Below are positions 42,864 through 53,605 of a DNA stretch of 64,000 bases, in pieces. Source of the DNA: Octopus sinensis (lineage: Eukaryota); assembly GCF_006345805.1 (NCBI RefSeq), contig NC_043017.1:19406001-19470000 (forward strand), written 5' to 3'. How positions within the stretch are numbered: position 1 is the stretch's first letter; each line of letters opens with the position of its first letter. A program made the position numbers and the translations under genes. Under the pieces are notes generated by a model. The model did not search any database. It saw nothing but the letters and a program-made list of their open reading frames with translations, and was not told the DNA's origin.

Positions 42864-44303
42864 GTATAAAACACAAAGAGAAATTGCCTGTTATAGGCAA
42901 TTTCTCTGTATTTCAAATGTACACTATTTTATATTGAATAATATGTAGTCTATTGACTTTTTATGCATGCTAGGCCACTGGTAATAAATTTGTAAAAATT
43001 TAATACCCTATATAGATATTTAAGTATATATATATATATAAAACAAGGTAAGCAATAATTTCCTTTATATATATATTTCTTAATTTTCAAACTTCTACAG
43101 TTTTTTTTCAGAGTTTCCTAAACAAGTAATTTTAATCTTATTTAATTCTTGATGCACCACAGAGTAAAAAAATATCTAAATAAAATAAAAAAAGAATAAA
43201 AATAAAATGGCCACATGATTACATTGTTATTCCTAAAAAGTTTTAGAAGAAAAGGAAAAAAATGTCTTAAAAAACAAAACACAAAAAAACAACAACCTTA
43301 CCTTAAATATCTTTCGTACAATATTGTCTAGAATATCCCATTTGGTTTTGCCACTTACAGATAAAGAGCCAATAAGAACCTCTGGCAACTTCTGCAATTG
43401 GAAAAAAAAAAAAAAACACATGATACTATTACTAATAATAATAATTAATTCTTTTATTGGCCACAAGGGCTGACAAAAATTAATTATAACATAAAGGGAC
43501 AAAACACAGGACGAAAGTTACAAAGGGTTTTGTCCGTTTGTAAAATCCGAGTAAAAAACAGTTTAACAATGAAAATATAACAACGAAAAACTCCCAATAG
43601 GGGGAGGCATTTCAAAAGGTTCCTGATGGAAAAACCCATAAAAGCCATGGGAGCCTGGTCAAAAGGAGGGTAGAGAGCCCCTTTCTCCTTTTATATTACC
43701 TTTTTAATTACAGGTGTATCCTCAGAAAGGCTCCTTTCATACTGGCCTCAAATTTTGCGGAAGGGATTAATTTGAATACATCGAATCTAGTGCGTAATTG
43801 GTACTTAATTTATTGACCCCCAAAAGAATGAAAGGCAAAGTTGACCTTGGTTGCATTTGAACTCAGAGCGTGAAGATGGATGAAATACTGCTAAGCATTT
43901 CGCCCAGCGTGTTAACGGTTTTGCCAGCTTACTACCTTAATAATAATAATAATAATAATAATAACAACGAATGTGGACTATGAGGGGAGTGTCTGTCATT
44001 CCAGTAGTTGAAAGGGTACTCTTTTAAAATAAGCAATTTGTAATCTGGAATGGTAATAATATGGAATGTTTAGTAAGTACTGAAATCTATTAAGATCACC
44101 ATAGTAACAGGTACTGCCCCACCCCTTAAACAGAAAGAATAGAAGAGAACCTCCCGGATCACAAAAATACCCAACTGTTTACAAGATACACACACACACA
44201 CATATATATATATATATCATCATCATCGTTTAACGTCCGTTTTCCATGCTAGCATGCATACACATAGATATATACATACATACACACACACACATACACA
44301 TAG

Positions 44304-44338
<35 letters not shown>

Positions 44339-46461
44339 TATATATGCACATACACATAGATATACATACATATATATTTACATATGTATATGAATATAAA
44401 TATATATTTCATCTGTTGCTTTATTCTCTAAAAACAACAAAAAAAAAAAACCAACCCAAAAAGCTAACAACAAACAAAAGACCCATTATTCTTCTGCTAA
44501 ATGCTGATATGATAATCAAGAATGGAACTGCTTTGGTGTGGAGCAGATTTATTATTATTTTATTTTTTACCCCCCCCCCCACTCCATTTTTTGGCTGCCA
44601 GTGAGAGAGATAACGCACATGATGGAACGGCTGAATGAATATATCTTTTTTGGGGAAAAATGTAGATTATTGTTGTTTCTCATTCATTCGATGATTGCTT
44701 TCAGAGAGAGAGAGGAGACGGGAGGTGGGTGGTTGGGGAGAATTACTCAACTGACCGGGGTGGGTGGGGTGGGGGGAATAAAATAGTTTCCTGTTTATAA
44801 TTTATTTAATATAAACAGGAAGAAGAAGAAAAAAAATTAAAAAGAAACCAACAAAGCAAAACAAAACATACAAAAATCATAATGAAAAATGGAAGCAGGC
44901 AAAGCTACATAATGTTATGTAGTTCAATGTTTGGTCATGGATGGCATTGATGATGATGATGATGATGATTGATGATTGAGTATTGCATGATGATGATGAT
45001 GATGTATGGCATGATGATGATGAAAATGTATGGCATGATGATGATGAAAATGTATGATGATGATGATGATGATGATGATGAAAATGTATGATGATGATGA
45101 TGATGATGAAAATGTATGGCGTGATGATGATAATGTAAACAATGATAATGAATCATCGTTATCGTTATCACAGTACTTGTCATTATCATCGTACTCATTA
45201 TCATCTACATTTCCATAGGGGCAGAGTATTTTTTTATGGCTGAATTTCTTCGTTTTACCAATTTAGATTGCTTTAGAACAGGATGTTTGTATCACAGATT
45301 CAGAGCAGTGTCAGACAGGTTGGTATCAAAAGGGTTAAGAAACTTATAAGTTGGCAGGTAGGGAACCAGAAGGTCTGGTCTAAATGTTTTGCCATTCTAT
45401 AAAAAGCTGAGAAGGATCCACTTAGTGACTTCTACTTAACTGTTTTGTTACTATATTTCTGTTAAAAAACAGTGCATTGGTTTAAATCAATTTTGAAAAT
45501 TATAAAGAATTTAGTAAAATAACTTTGTCATTATTGATCTGCTCTTTGGAACATAAATTAGCATAAAATTTTCATGGGAGAAGGCTTTATTATAGATAAT
45601 TTTAAAAGAAGAAATTTGGGTCACAGAATCAGGGGGCTGGTTTAGATTGGCATCTAAAGGGTTAAGAAGTTGTAAGTTGGCAGGCAGGGAACCAGAAGTT
45701 TGGTTTAAATGTTTGCCATTCTGTAAGAGACAGCAAAGAATTCACTTAACAATTCCTACTTAATCCTTCTGTTACCATATTCCTGTTGAAATACACTGAC
45801 TTATTTTGAAAATAATGAAGAATTCAGTAGAATAACTTTGTCATTGATAAGTTTTTGATTGGAACAGAAATTAACAGGAAATTTTGATGAAAGGTTTTTA
45901 ATTTAGATTACGTTAAATCAAGGAGTAGGTATCAAAGAACCAAAAACAGTCTTTGATAGATTGGCGTCAAAAGGGTTAAAAAGCTTAAAGTCTGGCAGGA
46001 AGGGAACCAAAAGGTCAGTTCAGATGTTTGCCATTCTGTAAAGGGCAGAGAATGACCCACTTCAAAACTCCTACTTAAACCTGCTAGGAGTTAGCTTGTA
46101 TCAAAATAGTTGACCATTTTGTTATATTTCTGTTAAAATATGCCGCCTTTGTTTGAGTTAATCGAGAAAATAATGAAGAATTTAGTGAAATAATTTTGTG
46201 GTAATTTAAGCTGGTGTTTGGAACATAAATTAACATCAAACTTTGGTGGAAGGTTTTAATTCAGATTACTTTAAAACAAGAAGTTTGTATTGTAGAAGTC
46301 ACAGGTAGTTTGGCATGAAAAGGGTTAAAGAAATCTTTGTGAGTAAAGTACTAAGGAACTGACCTCTGGAGCCCTAGTTGGATCAGGATTTGACCCCAAG
46401 TAAACAGTGATTGTTACTCGCTTTCCTTCGCGATCAGGTGTCTCTGGGATCTGCATTATAT
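11732..46461 (-). CDS. NAV2: Neuron navigator (NAV2/NAV3/UNC-53/sickie-like) gene, partial: 10 spliced exons encoding the C-terminal AAA+ region; 5' exons and final exon not found in the window
   Basis: Joined exons 46364-46461, 43302-43391, 41941-42034, 37863-37937, 36285-36456, 34921-35136, 32825-32896, 31674-31870, 31201-31319 and 11732-11941 are all GT-AG and phase-compatible. They give one open frame with the NAV-family motifs VSGKTKWD, ELLPxGYLVG, [69 protein letters not shown] and [11 protein letters not shown]. The paralogue number is nominal for an invertebrate. Confidence 0.95.
15640..16057 (-). mobile_element. SINE family B, full copy, inverted relative to 22138-22550
   Basis: Its reverse complement is nearly identical to 22138-22550. 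Confidence 0.85.
17108..17625. repeat. 21-bp minisatellite, about 24 copies (ATTAGCTAGAGTACAAYGATC)
   Basis: Direct inspection. Units are diverged at the left end and homogeneous at the right, and two units carry the same 4-bp deletion. Confidence 0.95.
19412..19606 (-). mobile_element. 3' fragment of an RLE-type LINE (R4/Dong-like)
   Basis: Frameshifted translation LETEV..M..L....P..MEALSIIP...QIPGNP..SELQK...[10 protein letters not shown] matches the C-terminus of restriction-like endonuclease LINEs. It abuts an (ATT)n tract. Confidence 0.7.
20168..20191 (-). CDS. Candidate 24-nt cassette microexon of NAV (SRKLNDNE)
   Basis: Sequence aactgcctcctattttttctcccag|TCACGTAAACTGAATGACAATGAG|gtaagta. 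Phase 0-0 matches the host intron and there is no stop. Confidence 0.6.
22138..22550 (+). mobile_element. tRNA-derived SINE family B, full copy
   Basis: ggcacaggagtggctgtgtggtaag (A box), ggttcagttcc (B box), cttgggcaagtgtctt core, internal TA/TG tract, and tail tgactgaaacaagtaaaagagtaaaa. Confidence 0.85.
23755..26046. repeat. Tandem duplication of about 1.15 kb (23755-24903 and 24904-26046)
   Basis: Near-identical copies with an offset of 1149 falling to 1143. The ORF track shows duplicated ORFs. Confidence 0.95.
24188..24439. mobile_element. hAT-type MITE (duplicated at about 25335-25584)
   Basis: Termini cagtggttctcaa ... ttggaaaacacag, a Charlie-like CAGTGGTTCTCAA TIR. Confidence 0.6.
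27129..27217. repeat. (GA)n microsatellite
   Basis: Direct inspection. Confidence 0.95.
29898..29984 (+). pseudogene. 5'-truncated 5S rRNA pseudogene or 5S-derived fragment
   Basis: atcactgaagttaagcaacatcgagcctagttagtacttagatgggtgaccgcttgggaaacctaggtgcagtaagc retains the A box, intermediate element and C box, and is followed by a T run. Confidence 0.85.
31201..31319 (-). CDS. NAV2: NAV exon (G)[39 protein letters not shown]
   Basis: Acceptor ttattttgtag, donor CAG|gtaatt, 119 nt, phase 1 to 0. Not in the ORF track. Confidence 0.97.
31674..31870 (-). CDS. NAV2: NAV exon [23 protein letters not shown]...[15 protein letters not shown](G)
   Basis: Acceptor cattgcag, donor TTG|gtaaga, 197 nt, phase 2 to 1. 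Confidence 0.97.
32825..32896 (-). CDS. NAV2: NAV exon (C)[23 protein letters not shown](R), sensor-1 region
   Basis: Acceptor tatttctttgcag, donor CAG|gtgagt, 72 nt, phase 2-2. Not in the ORF track. Confidence 0.96.
33876..34836. mobile_element. Old non-autonomous DNA transposon (pogo/Tigger-like) containing a nested piggyBac MITE
   Basis: Inverted termini cgtaaaaacccacgtaattt and aaattacatgggtttttacggta. Confidence 0.55.
34575..34795. mobile_element. piggyBac-like MITE family 1 (other copies at about 21430-21645, 33270-33490 and 45230-46325)
   Basis: TTAA-CCCTTTCGTTAC ... GTAACGAAAGGG-TTAA, with several similar copies in the window. Confidence 0.85.
34921..35136 (-). CDS. NAV2: NAV exon carrying the Walker B-like motif ([24 protein letters not shown]...[16 protein letters not shown])
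   Basis: Acceptor ttttcttttag, donor GTG|gtgagt, 216 nt, phase 2-2. Confidence 0.97.
36285..36456 (-). CDS. NAV2: NAV exon carrying the AAA+ Walker A motif ([28 protein letters not shown])
   Basis: Acceptor ttttactttcag, donor AAG|gtaaga, 172 nt, phase 1 to 2. Confidence 0.97.
36722..37597 (+). mobile_element. Internally deleted Tc1/mariner element of the DD37D (maT) type
   Basis: TA-CAGGGTG...GATAAATTGTCACC left end and degenerate right TIR. Pseudo-ORF ...[11 protein letters not shown]...[17 protein letters not shown]... has 37 residues between the 2nd and 3rd Asp and several stops. Confidence 0.88.
37863..37937 (-). CDS. NAV2: NAV exon (D)[24 protein letters not shown](G)
   Basis: Acceptor ttctgtttcag, donor AAG|gtaaac, 75 nt, phase 1-1. 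Confidence 0.95.
39850..40350. repeat. Long imperfect (TA)n/(CA)n microsatellite
   Basis: Direct inspection. Confidence 0.95.
41160..41632. repeat. 26-bp minisatellite, about 18 copies (GTGTGGTACTGGCATGGGTGCTTTTA)
   Basis: Direct inspection. It follows a SINE C 3' fragment at 41058-41155. Confidence 0.95.
41941..42034 (-). CDS. NAV2: NAV exon [31 protein letters not shown]
   Basis: Acceptor ttttttctgcacag, donor AAG|gtaatt, 94 nt, phase 0 to 1. Confidence 0.95.
43302..43391 (-). CDS. NAV2: NAV exon [30 protein letters not shown]
   Basis: Acceptor poly-T ccaattgcag, donor AAG|gtaagg, 90 nt, phase 0-0. Carries the conserved VSGKTKWD motif. Confidence 0.95.
45230..46328. repeat. Tandem array with a period of about 320 bp (MITE plus about 100-bp spacer)
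   Basis: Spacer aagttggcagg.agggaaccag...gtttgccattct...ccactt..c..ttcctactt at about 45338, 45666 and 45980, alternating with MITE family 1. Confidence 0.8.
46364..46461 (-). CDS. NAV2: NAV exon (D)[32 protein letters not shown]
   Basis: Acceptor tactttcag, donor GAG|gtcagt, 98 nt, phase 1 to 0. Resembles the NAV2 segment DMLL...EGGRHVKIVV. Confidence 0.85.
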
Positions 46462-46777
46462 CTGAAAGTAGAACAAAAAGAAAAGTTAAATATTAATAAT
46501 AATAATAATAATAATAATGACAAATAATGGTTTCAAATTTTGGTACAAGGCCAGCAATTTTGGGGGAGGGTGTAGGTCGATTACATTGACCGCAGTGCTT
46601 AACAGGTACTTATTTCATTGACCCCCCAAAAGGTTGAAAGGGAAAATCGACCTCGGCTGAATTTGAACACAGAACATGAAGGCAGATGAAATTGCATTTT
46701 GTCCCGTGTGCTAACGAATCTGTCAAGTCATTGCCTTAAAAATTAATAATAATAATGATAATAATAATAATGATGAT

Positions 46778-47145
46778 GTAGTACCAGGCAGTGGCTCTCA
46801 TGGCTTCTGAACTCAACTGATTGGAAGTGTTATCATGTACATTGTTTTGTCTTGGCATAAAGGATGGGCTACAGCAAATATTCTGCTCAATACCACAGAT
46901 TTGCTTGTCAGTTGTTTGACCGTAACCAGTTGAGCAAGTTCCTTGGTGGCCTTAAGTGCATCTCTGATCATGAACAGGAGTTGTGGGGGAGCATCATAGC
47001 CATGTGTTGAGAGGGGTTCTTTGTGGTTTGGATAATTCATCTCTGGAAACGTGGGTGTTTCATTCAACATCCTTAAACAATCCTTATTCAGGGACCTATT
47101 GATGGGGATAACTGGGCCCCACCTGCAAGGTCATGCATTGTTTAT
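46778..47145 (+). mobile_element. Dispersed repeat inserted in (AAT/GAT)n; partial inverse copy at about 19045-19198
   Basis: gtagtaccaggcagtggctctcatggcttctga..actgattggaagtgttatcatgtacattgttttgtcttgg recurs reverse-complemented at 19120-19198. Confidence 0.65.
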
Positions 47146-48522
47146 CTGGAAGATGTTCCCCAGTGGGTGGGAAGGTGGAAGTTATTTATGTATTGCTTTT
47201 GTTTTTTTTTTATTTTGTACTCTTTTAGTCAGGAGGGAAGGGAGTTCCTGTAACTCTTCACATGGCTTCTGGGACTGGTGGGTGGTAAGACAGAAATATA
47301 ACCAGACCCCTAGCCTGGCCTGAATTCTTGCAACAGAATGAGCTCCAATAAAGACCACCCCCAAGGTGCCAGATGGTGGCGTTAAACCGGGTGACATATT
47401 AGGTCTACCATCAATGGTTATGTGTGTCTGTCTAAGTAAATAATTTGATATGCAAGAGTCAATTCAAAACACAATTTTAAAAAAAGGTAGAAACGAAAAT
47501 GCTAAGTAGAGGTTAATGTGAAAACAAAAGCTTGTTAATGAACAAGTGTGTTAAAGTCTCATGCTCATAACCTAATTGTTTCGTTACAGTCTGTTGTCAT
47601 AAACGAACACAATATAATAAATGTATGTATGTATGTATACAGGCACATGATGGAGAGACAGATTTTTCAAAACTGCATAAAAAAACAAACAAAATTTCTT
47701 TATTATTTGATGATGATGATGTTTAATATGAATGAAATTGTGATGAATAAGAGGAAAAAATGGGAAACAAAGAACCCTTACTGACCCCAAAAGGAAAAAG
47801 ATAAAGAATCAAATTTACTGATATCAGATAATACCAGCAAACATATATGTATATATATGTATGTATATGTGTGTGTGTGTTTATGTGTGCGTGTGTATTT
47901 TATGATGTAATTAATTAAATTGATAAAATAGAAATTCTGTCTTTTTTTGTTGTTAACTATATAAGTGAAAAAAAACACAGAAAATATTTTAAAATCATTT
48001 TCAATCATTTTTGTTTTTTTTTAGGGTCTTTTGTTGAGGACAGAAACAAAACAAAACAATGCAAAACACACGATAAAAAACAAGTTAATTGTTCTAGTAA
48101 AATGAAAACAAGCTTCAATGTTCTGAGCTAATTTTGACAAACAAAATGTTATAATGGAATTAAAAATAATAGAAAATATAACAATTCTTTATAAAATTTT
48201 GTCTTGTATTTGGTTTGCAAGATTCTTGACATGAACTCTTGTCATGAAACTGATTTTGTTGTATCTTGGGAGGGTCAATATGCAGATAATAAACACACAC
48301 TGGTTCTATTTCACTTCTTCATTATTTATTTGTTAACTGGTTAACCATTCAATCAATTAAGTAATTGTTTGGTTAATCAATAAATCAGTTACGTTTGTCA
48401 AAGTCCTATCACCATTCATGACCCCTCCAATGACATGCTCCTTAGAAAGGGGTGAAACAAGGGAGATGCTATGCAGTTGCCATGAACCAAATAGAAACAG
48501 TAGCCAAATATCCCTCAATTTG

Positions 48523-48553
<31 letters not shown>

Positions 48554-50941
48554 CCATCATAAATGTCATGTGGTTGTCTGCTATTTTATTTTATTAGCCC
48601 CCAAAGAATGAAAAACAATTGACTCCAGCAGGATTTGAACTCAGACCATAAAGAACTGGAATAAGCACCATGAGGTTTTTGGTCTGGTGCTCCAATGATT
48701 CCACTGTTCACTGATTATGTAGGTTTGATATGGAAGTGGGCCATTTAGGTTGCTAGGCAACAGATGTTCTTTATTGAATTCCAAAGAAAATTCATTTATT
48801 CTTTGGAAAGTCTGTTTGCAACAACAGTTTCCTGTATTTCAATGAGGGAGATGGTAAGGAATGGACACTTTTATCATAGAACAGTGATACAAGTCTGGGA
48901 ATTATTTTGGTATGGAAATGTACACACACACACATACAAACACTAACAATGGACACTCATAAACACAGATGAATACATAAAAAATAAACAGAGGCACACA
49001 CACTCATACACAAACATAGACACACATAAACAACACAAGTTTATACAAACACACACACACACACACTGATAAAATTCAGAGTGAATTCTAAGATAATCCC
49101 ATTGTTCCAATTGTATTAGGATGGAACAGAAAGAGGAGACCAGAGCAGCATCATCATCACCACCAACAACAACACATGTATGGTTTTGCTTTGCTTGTTT
49201 GATAAAACTAAAAAGTCCTTTGGGGAGGGGGCCAGTCGATCAGATAGATTCCAGTACATAACTGGTACTTAATTTATTGACCCCCGAAAGGATGAAAGGC
49301 AAAGCTGACTTCGGCAGAGTTTGAACTCAGAACACAAAGGCATGAAATACCTATTTCTTTATTACCAACAAGGGGCTAAACATAGAGGGGACAAACAAGG
49401 ACAGACATAGGTATTAAGTCGATTACATCGACCCCAGTGCATAACTTGGTCCTTAATTTATTGACGCCGAAAGGATGAAAGGCAAAACTGACTTTGGCAG
49501 AGTTTGAACTTAGAATATAAGGACATGAAATACCACTAAGCATTTTGCCCGGCATGCTAAAGGTTTTGTCGCCTCTAATAATGGTAATGTCTATAAATGT
49601 CTTTGCTTTGTTTAACTAATCCATTGTTACAAAAGATTCTAATCTTACACCACCGCTGCCACCGTCACCTCACACTCCTTTTATTCCTTTGACTTCATTT
49701 TAAAACCAAACAACTTGTGAATTTGTGATAGAAATTGTCTCCACATCACATCTAATAGTAATAACAACCTCCCCACCCACCTACTCTCTGATTGTTAATC
49801 TTTCTACTTCCTGCTTTGCCCGGCATCATTCTTGTCTCTTGAAGTCAACACATATAGGGTGGGGTGGGGTGGGGGTAGAACAAAAAAAAAGAAAGAAAAG
49901 AAAAAGATATGTCTTTCTTTGGGATTCCTCTTGGAAACCTTTGAGTGTAAACATTTGGATGTCATCTAATATAGGTTTTGTAATTAAAGGTGTCTCGTTG
50001 GTGGTGGCGGAGAAAGAGAAGGGAAGAGGTGAAAGTGGAGAAGGAGAGGTGGAGGAAAAGAAGGAGGAACATGAAGAAGGCAAAAGAAAAGGAAAAAGGT
50101 GAAGAAGTTGGTGGTGGAGGTCGTGAGTCAAATGGTAAACATTTGATTAAGTTTTGTTGTTGTGAACTCTTAGGTTGTTGGTTGAAGAAATGAATCGGTA
50201 AGAAATCCTAATAAAATATCACTGTTGTATTTATTCAACGATCTGGATTCCAGGAATTTCAGTTTGGGAAAGACAAAGATGGTTAAGGAACGGAAACCAA
50301 TAATAAAAAAAACAAACAAAAGAAAACAAAACAAAATGTAAACAAAAATCGTTAGAAACAGAAATATTTTGATGTAATAGATGCACTCCTACACACACAC
50401 ACACACACAGATGGTAATAATAATGCTACAAGATATGACGGAATCGTTCCTTTGTTTATTTATATACAGATACAGAAAGTCTTCAAATTAGTCAAGGAAA
50501 TGAAATGAAATAAAAAAACAAAACCATCATTTAATGTCTGTTTTCTATGCTGGCATGGGTTGGATGGTTTGACAGGGACTGGTTAATGAGGAGACAGCAC
50601 CTAGCTCCACTGTCTACTTTGGCATGGTTTCTTAGTTAAGCACCAGTACCGGTGGGGTCACTAACTAACTTGTGAGATAAAGACCCCAGCTATGGTGGGG
50701 ACAATTGCATGAATATTCCTCTTTTATTTCACTCTATTTCATCTCATTTCATTACCTTGAGAAATTTGAAGACTTTCCATAAATAAACTAAAGAATAATT
50801 AATTCCTTTATTATTAATACCAATAAATAAACTATTCTGTTCACTACCAAAAACATTTTATTCCAACGTATTTATAAAATGATTAACTGCAAGTGTAACA
50901 ACAAAAGAAGTAGACCTCAATATCATTGACAGAGAGGACTA

Positions 50942-51184
50942 TATATTTAATACTCAGCATATTATACAAACATGGAACCCTCACAGACGGTACTCAGAGT
51001 TTCCCAGCAAGCCACAGGTATGGAGTTAACCAATTTTTGATTTGTAATCAACACACAAGCCACTGGGTATTAGCTGTTGTGTGAAGCCACTACAGGATAA
51101 CTTCATACCCGTGACTTGCTGGAAATCTCCAAGTACTGTAAGAGAGTGTTACACGTTTGTATAATATATTCAATAATAAATATA
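50942..51184. repeat. Long imperfect inverted repeat (arms of about 90 bp, loop of about 63 nt), probably a MITE
   Basis: 50942-51031 aligns without gaps to the reverse complement of 51095-51184 and is flanked by TA. Confidence 0.8.
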
Positions 51185-51462
51185 TATATATATATATATT
51201 AATGGCCACAACCTTAGGCCTAAACTGTATCAAAGAGTAAAAGAATAAACACAAACAAGCATGCGTATGAGTATAACTACATCAGTGAGTAAGTGAATAA
51301 GCAACTCTATGTTTAGCTGTAATATTGTGTGGTTAGTGTTAAATGGTGTTCTATATTTTTGCTATAACAAGTGCACTATTTTCTCTCTTTATATATAAAT
51401 CATTAAGCAGTTCTATGTCAGGCCATAACATTGTGTGTTAGTGTTAAACGCTGGTTCTATAC

Positions 51463-51507
51463 CTGACTGTGTAGGAGATTTCATTCCCATTTTTTGTTTT
51501 CTTCTGC
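51463..51507 (-). CDS. Candidate 45-nt microexon of NAV ((G)RRKQKMGMKSPTQS(D))
   Basis: Acceptor tactttctctttgcttttcag, donor CAG|gtatag. Phase 1-1 matches the phase-1 acceptor at 46461, and the frame is open. Confidence 0.6.
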
Positions 51508-52694
51508 CTGAAAAGCAAAGAGAAAGTATTATAAGAAAATACCAGAACGACCTACTCTACTCTTCTTTTTGGTTTCATTCACATTTGATGCAGGAATGGA
51601 TTCCATGTTTATGATCATGCTCATTCACCAACTTCAATCCCAGTTTCAATATGTGAGCATTAGAATATATTTGTGTGTGAGTGGGTGTGTTTTCTTTTTG
51701 AAGGCATTGAAACTGTTAGAATCCTGAGTGAGGCAGCTGATGAAGACTTTTTTTATTTATATTTTTCATTCATTCTGTCTGATGTGGGCTATTATTATTC
51801 GGGCCCAATCCTTAGACTTACATTTACGATTGCAGAATACTGGAAAGAAATGACACTGCTTTTATAACAGTGACACTCATTTACAGCCATCACATAATGA
51901 CAATACACACACATGTTAAGTGACAAAAACTTGAAAATGAAAAGACTAAAAACGTGTCCTATCTAAACAGAAACTAAAATGTAGTCAAATTTTTGACTTT
52001 GTTCAAAATGAAAACATATTTGTAATTAAGAAACAAAATCCAAAAAGAAGCAAAAGAAAACGTTAAACAAAAATCTACATAATTAATAATGATGGTTGGA
52101 AATTTTTGGCACAAGACCAGTATATTTAGTTGGGGGGGGGGGGGCAGTATATTCCATCAATCCCAGTATGTAACTGGTACTATTTTATGGACCCTGAAAG
52201 GATGAAAGGCAAAGTTGACCTAGGCATAATTTGAACCCAGAACATAAAATATATATATATATAAAAAATTCACATGGACCTCGAACACACAAGAGTAAGC
52301 AAGAGAGACAGAGAAAGGCAGAAACAAGGAAAATGCCACTTGTATTTGAACACTATACAAATATTCTTTAAAAAAAAGCTTTTCTTTTAATTTTTCTAAA
52401 TTTAATTATTTAATTGTTACAGTTGAAAAGGTCTCAATGACTGAAACCAGTACTGAAATGTTCTTTATAAAATTATTTTAGCATTTTCTATCCTGACTTG
52501 TTTTTTCATATATATATATATATATATGACGAACGGGAACATGAAACTCCAAGTAACAGGTTTTGTTGAATTTCTGCTGCTTTTAAATAAAGCATATTAC
52601 TCTACCCCTGGTATTTGAGTACTCTTTTTTTCCCACCTTGTTTCACATTTATATGTTTACTCCGGTATATATATATATATATATATATAGATAT

Positions 52695-52728
<34 letters not shown>

Positions 52729-53571
52729 GTCAGTCCTTTTACATACATCAAAATACGTTTAAGTACTTCACAACCAACCCCGTTTCTTTTTTTTCAGTCA
52801 GACATGTGTTCATACAATAAAGTACTTAGTTTTAACATTGACTTTCAGTATTCTAACAAAGAACTTCTAGATTGCCCCCACCCCACCTGCTCTCTCTCTT
52901 GGTGTCGTTCTCTCATTTTCCATCATCTGAACATAATTGATATACAGACGCACAACTGCCTTGTCACTCAACATGCAAAAATTACAGACAGAAATTTGGA
53001 AATTAATCTCCCCTTAATAAGTCCATAAGCCAAACATTGGCACCGCATGACATGGAGGATCTTGCTTGTCGGGGACCCGTTAGTGCAATCAAACGGCTGC
53101 TCCACCCCTTCCCACCTCATTTGTCACAATTAATTCTTCTAAATAACAGAAGCTATCTTTGACATTTAGTGTAACCATAGTAACATACTGATAAGCTCCT
53201 TTACTTTTTTTTCGTTTTTTTGGGGGGGGGGACGAACTTTTTCTTCGTTAAGTGACAACTTATAACATGATATTTCTGTATCCCTTCTTCCATAGCTAAT
53301 ATCTTTAAAACTGTACACACACACACGTGAAATGTAGATACATATGCAGCCGTATGTCACTAACAGTTCAAGCACACTTTCACAGAACAAGAAAAAGAAA
53401 AACAAAAAATCAAAACAAAATCCTGAATGGTTTACTAATAGGGATTTAAGTATATTCTTAAATATCACTGAAGATTAACCTTGAAAATCAAACCTTTTCC
53501 CTTTCTCTTCTTCTTCTCTCTCTCTCTCTCTCAAATTGAATATTGTTCTCTCCTTCCATCTCTCAATGAGG

Positions 53572-53605
<34 letters not shown>

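Noticed and set aside
47782-47817. 36-nt phase-1 open mini-exon
   Set aside because: The acceptor is weak and the content is T-rich and intron-like.
49826-50131. Ser/Pro-rich 101-aa minus-strand ORF as a NAV exon
   Set aside because: A low-complexity pyrimidine tract with no compatible splice sites or NAV similarity.
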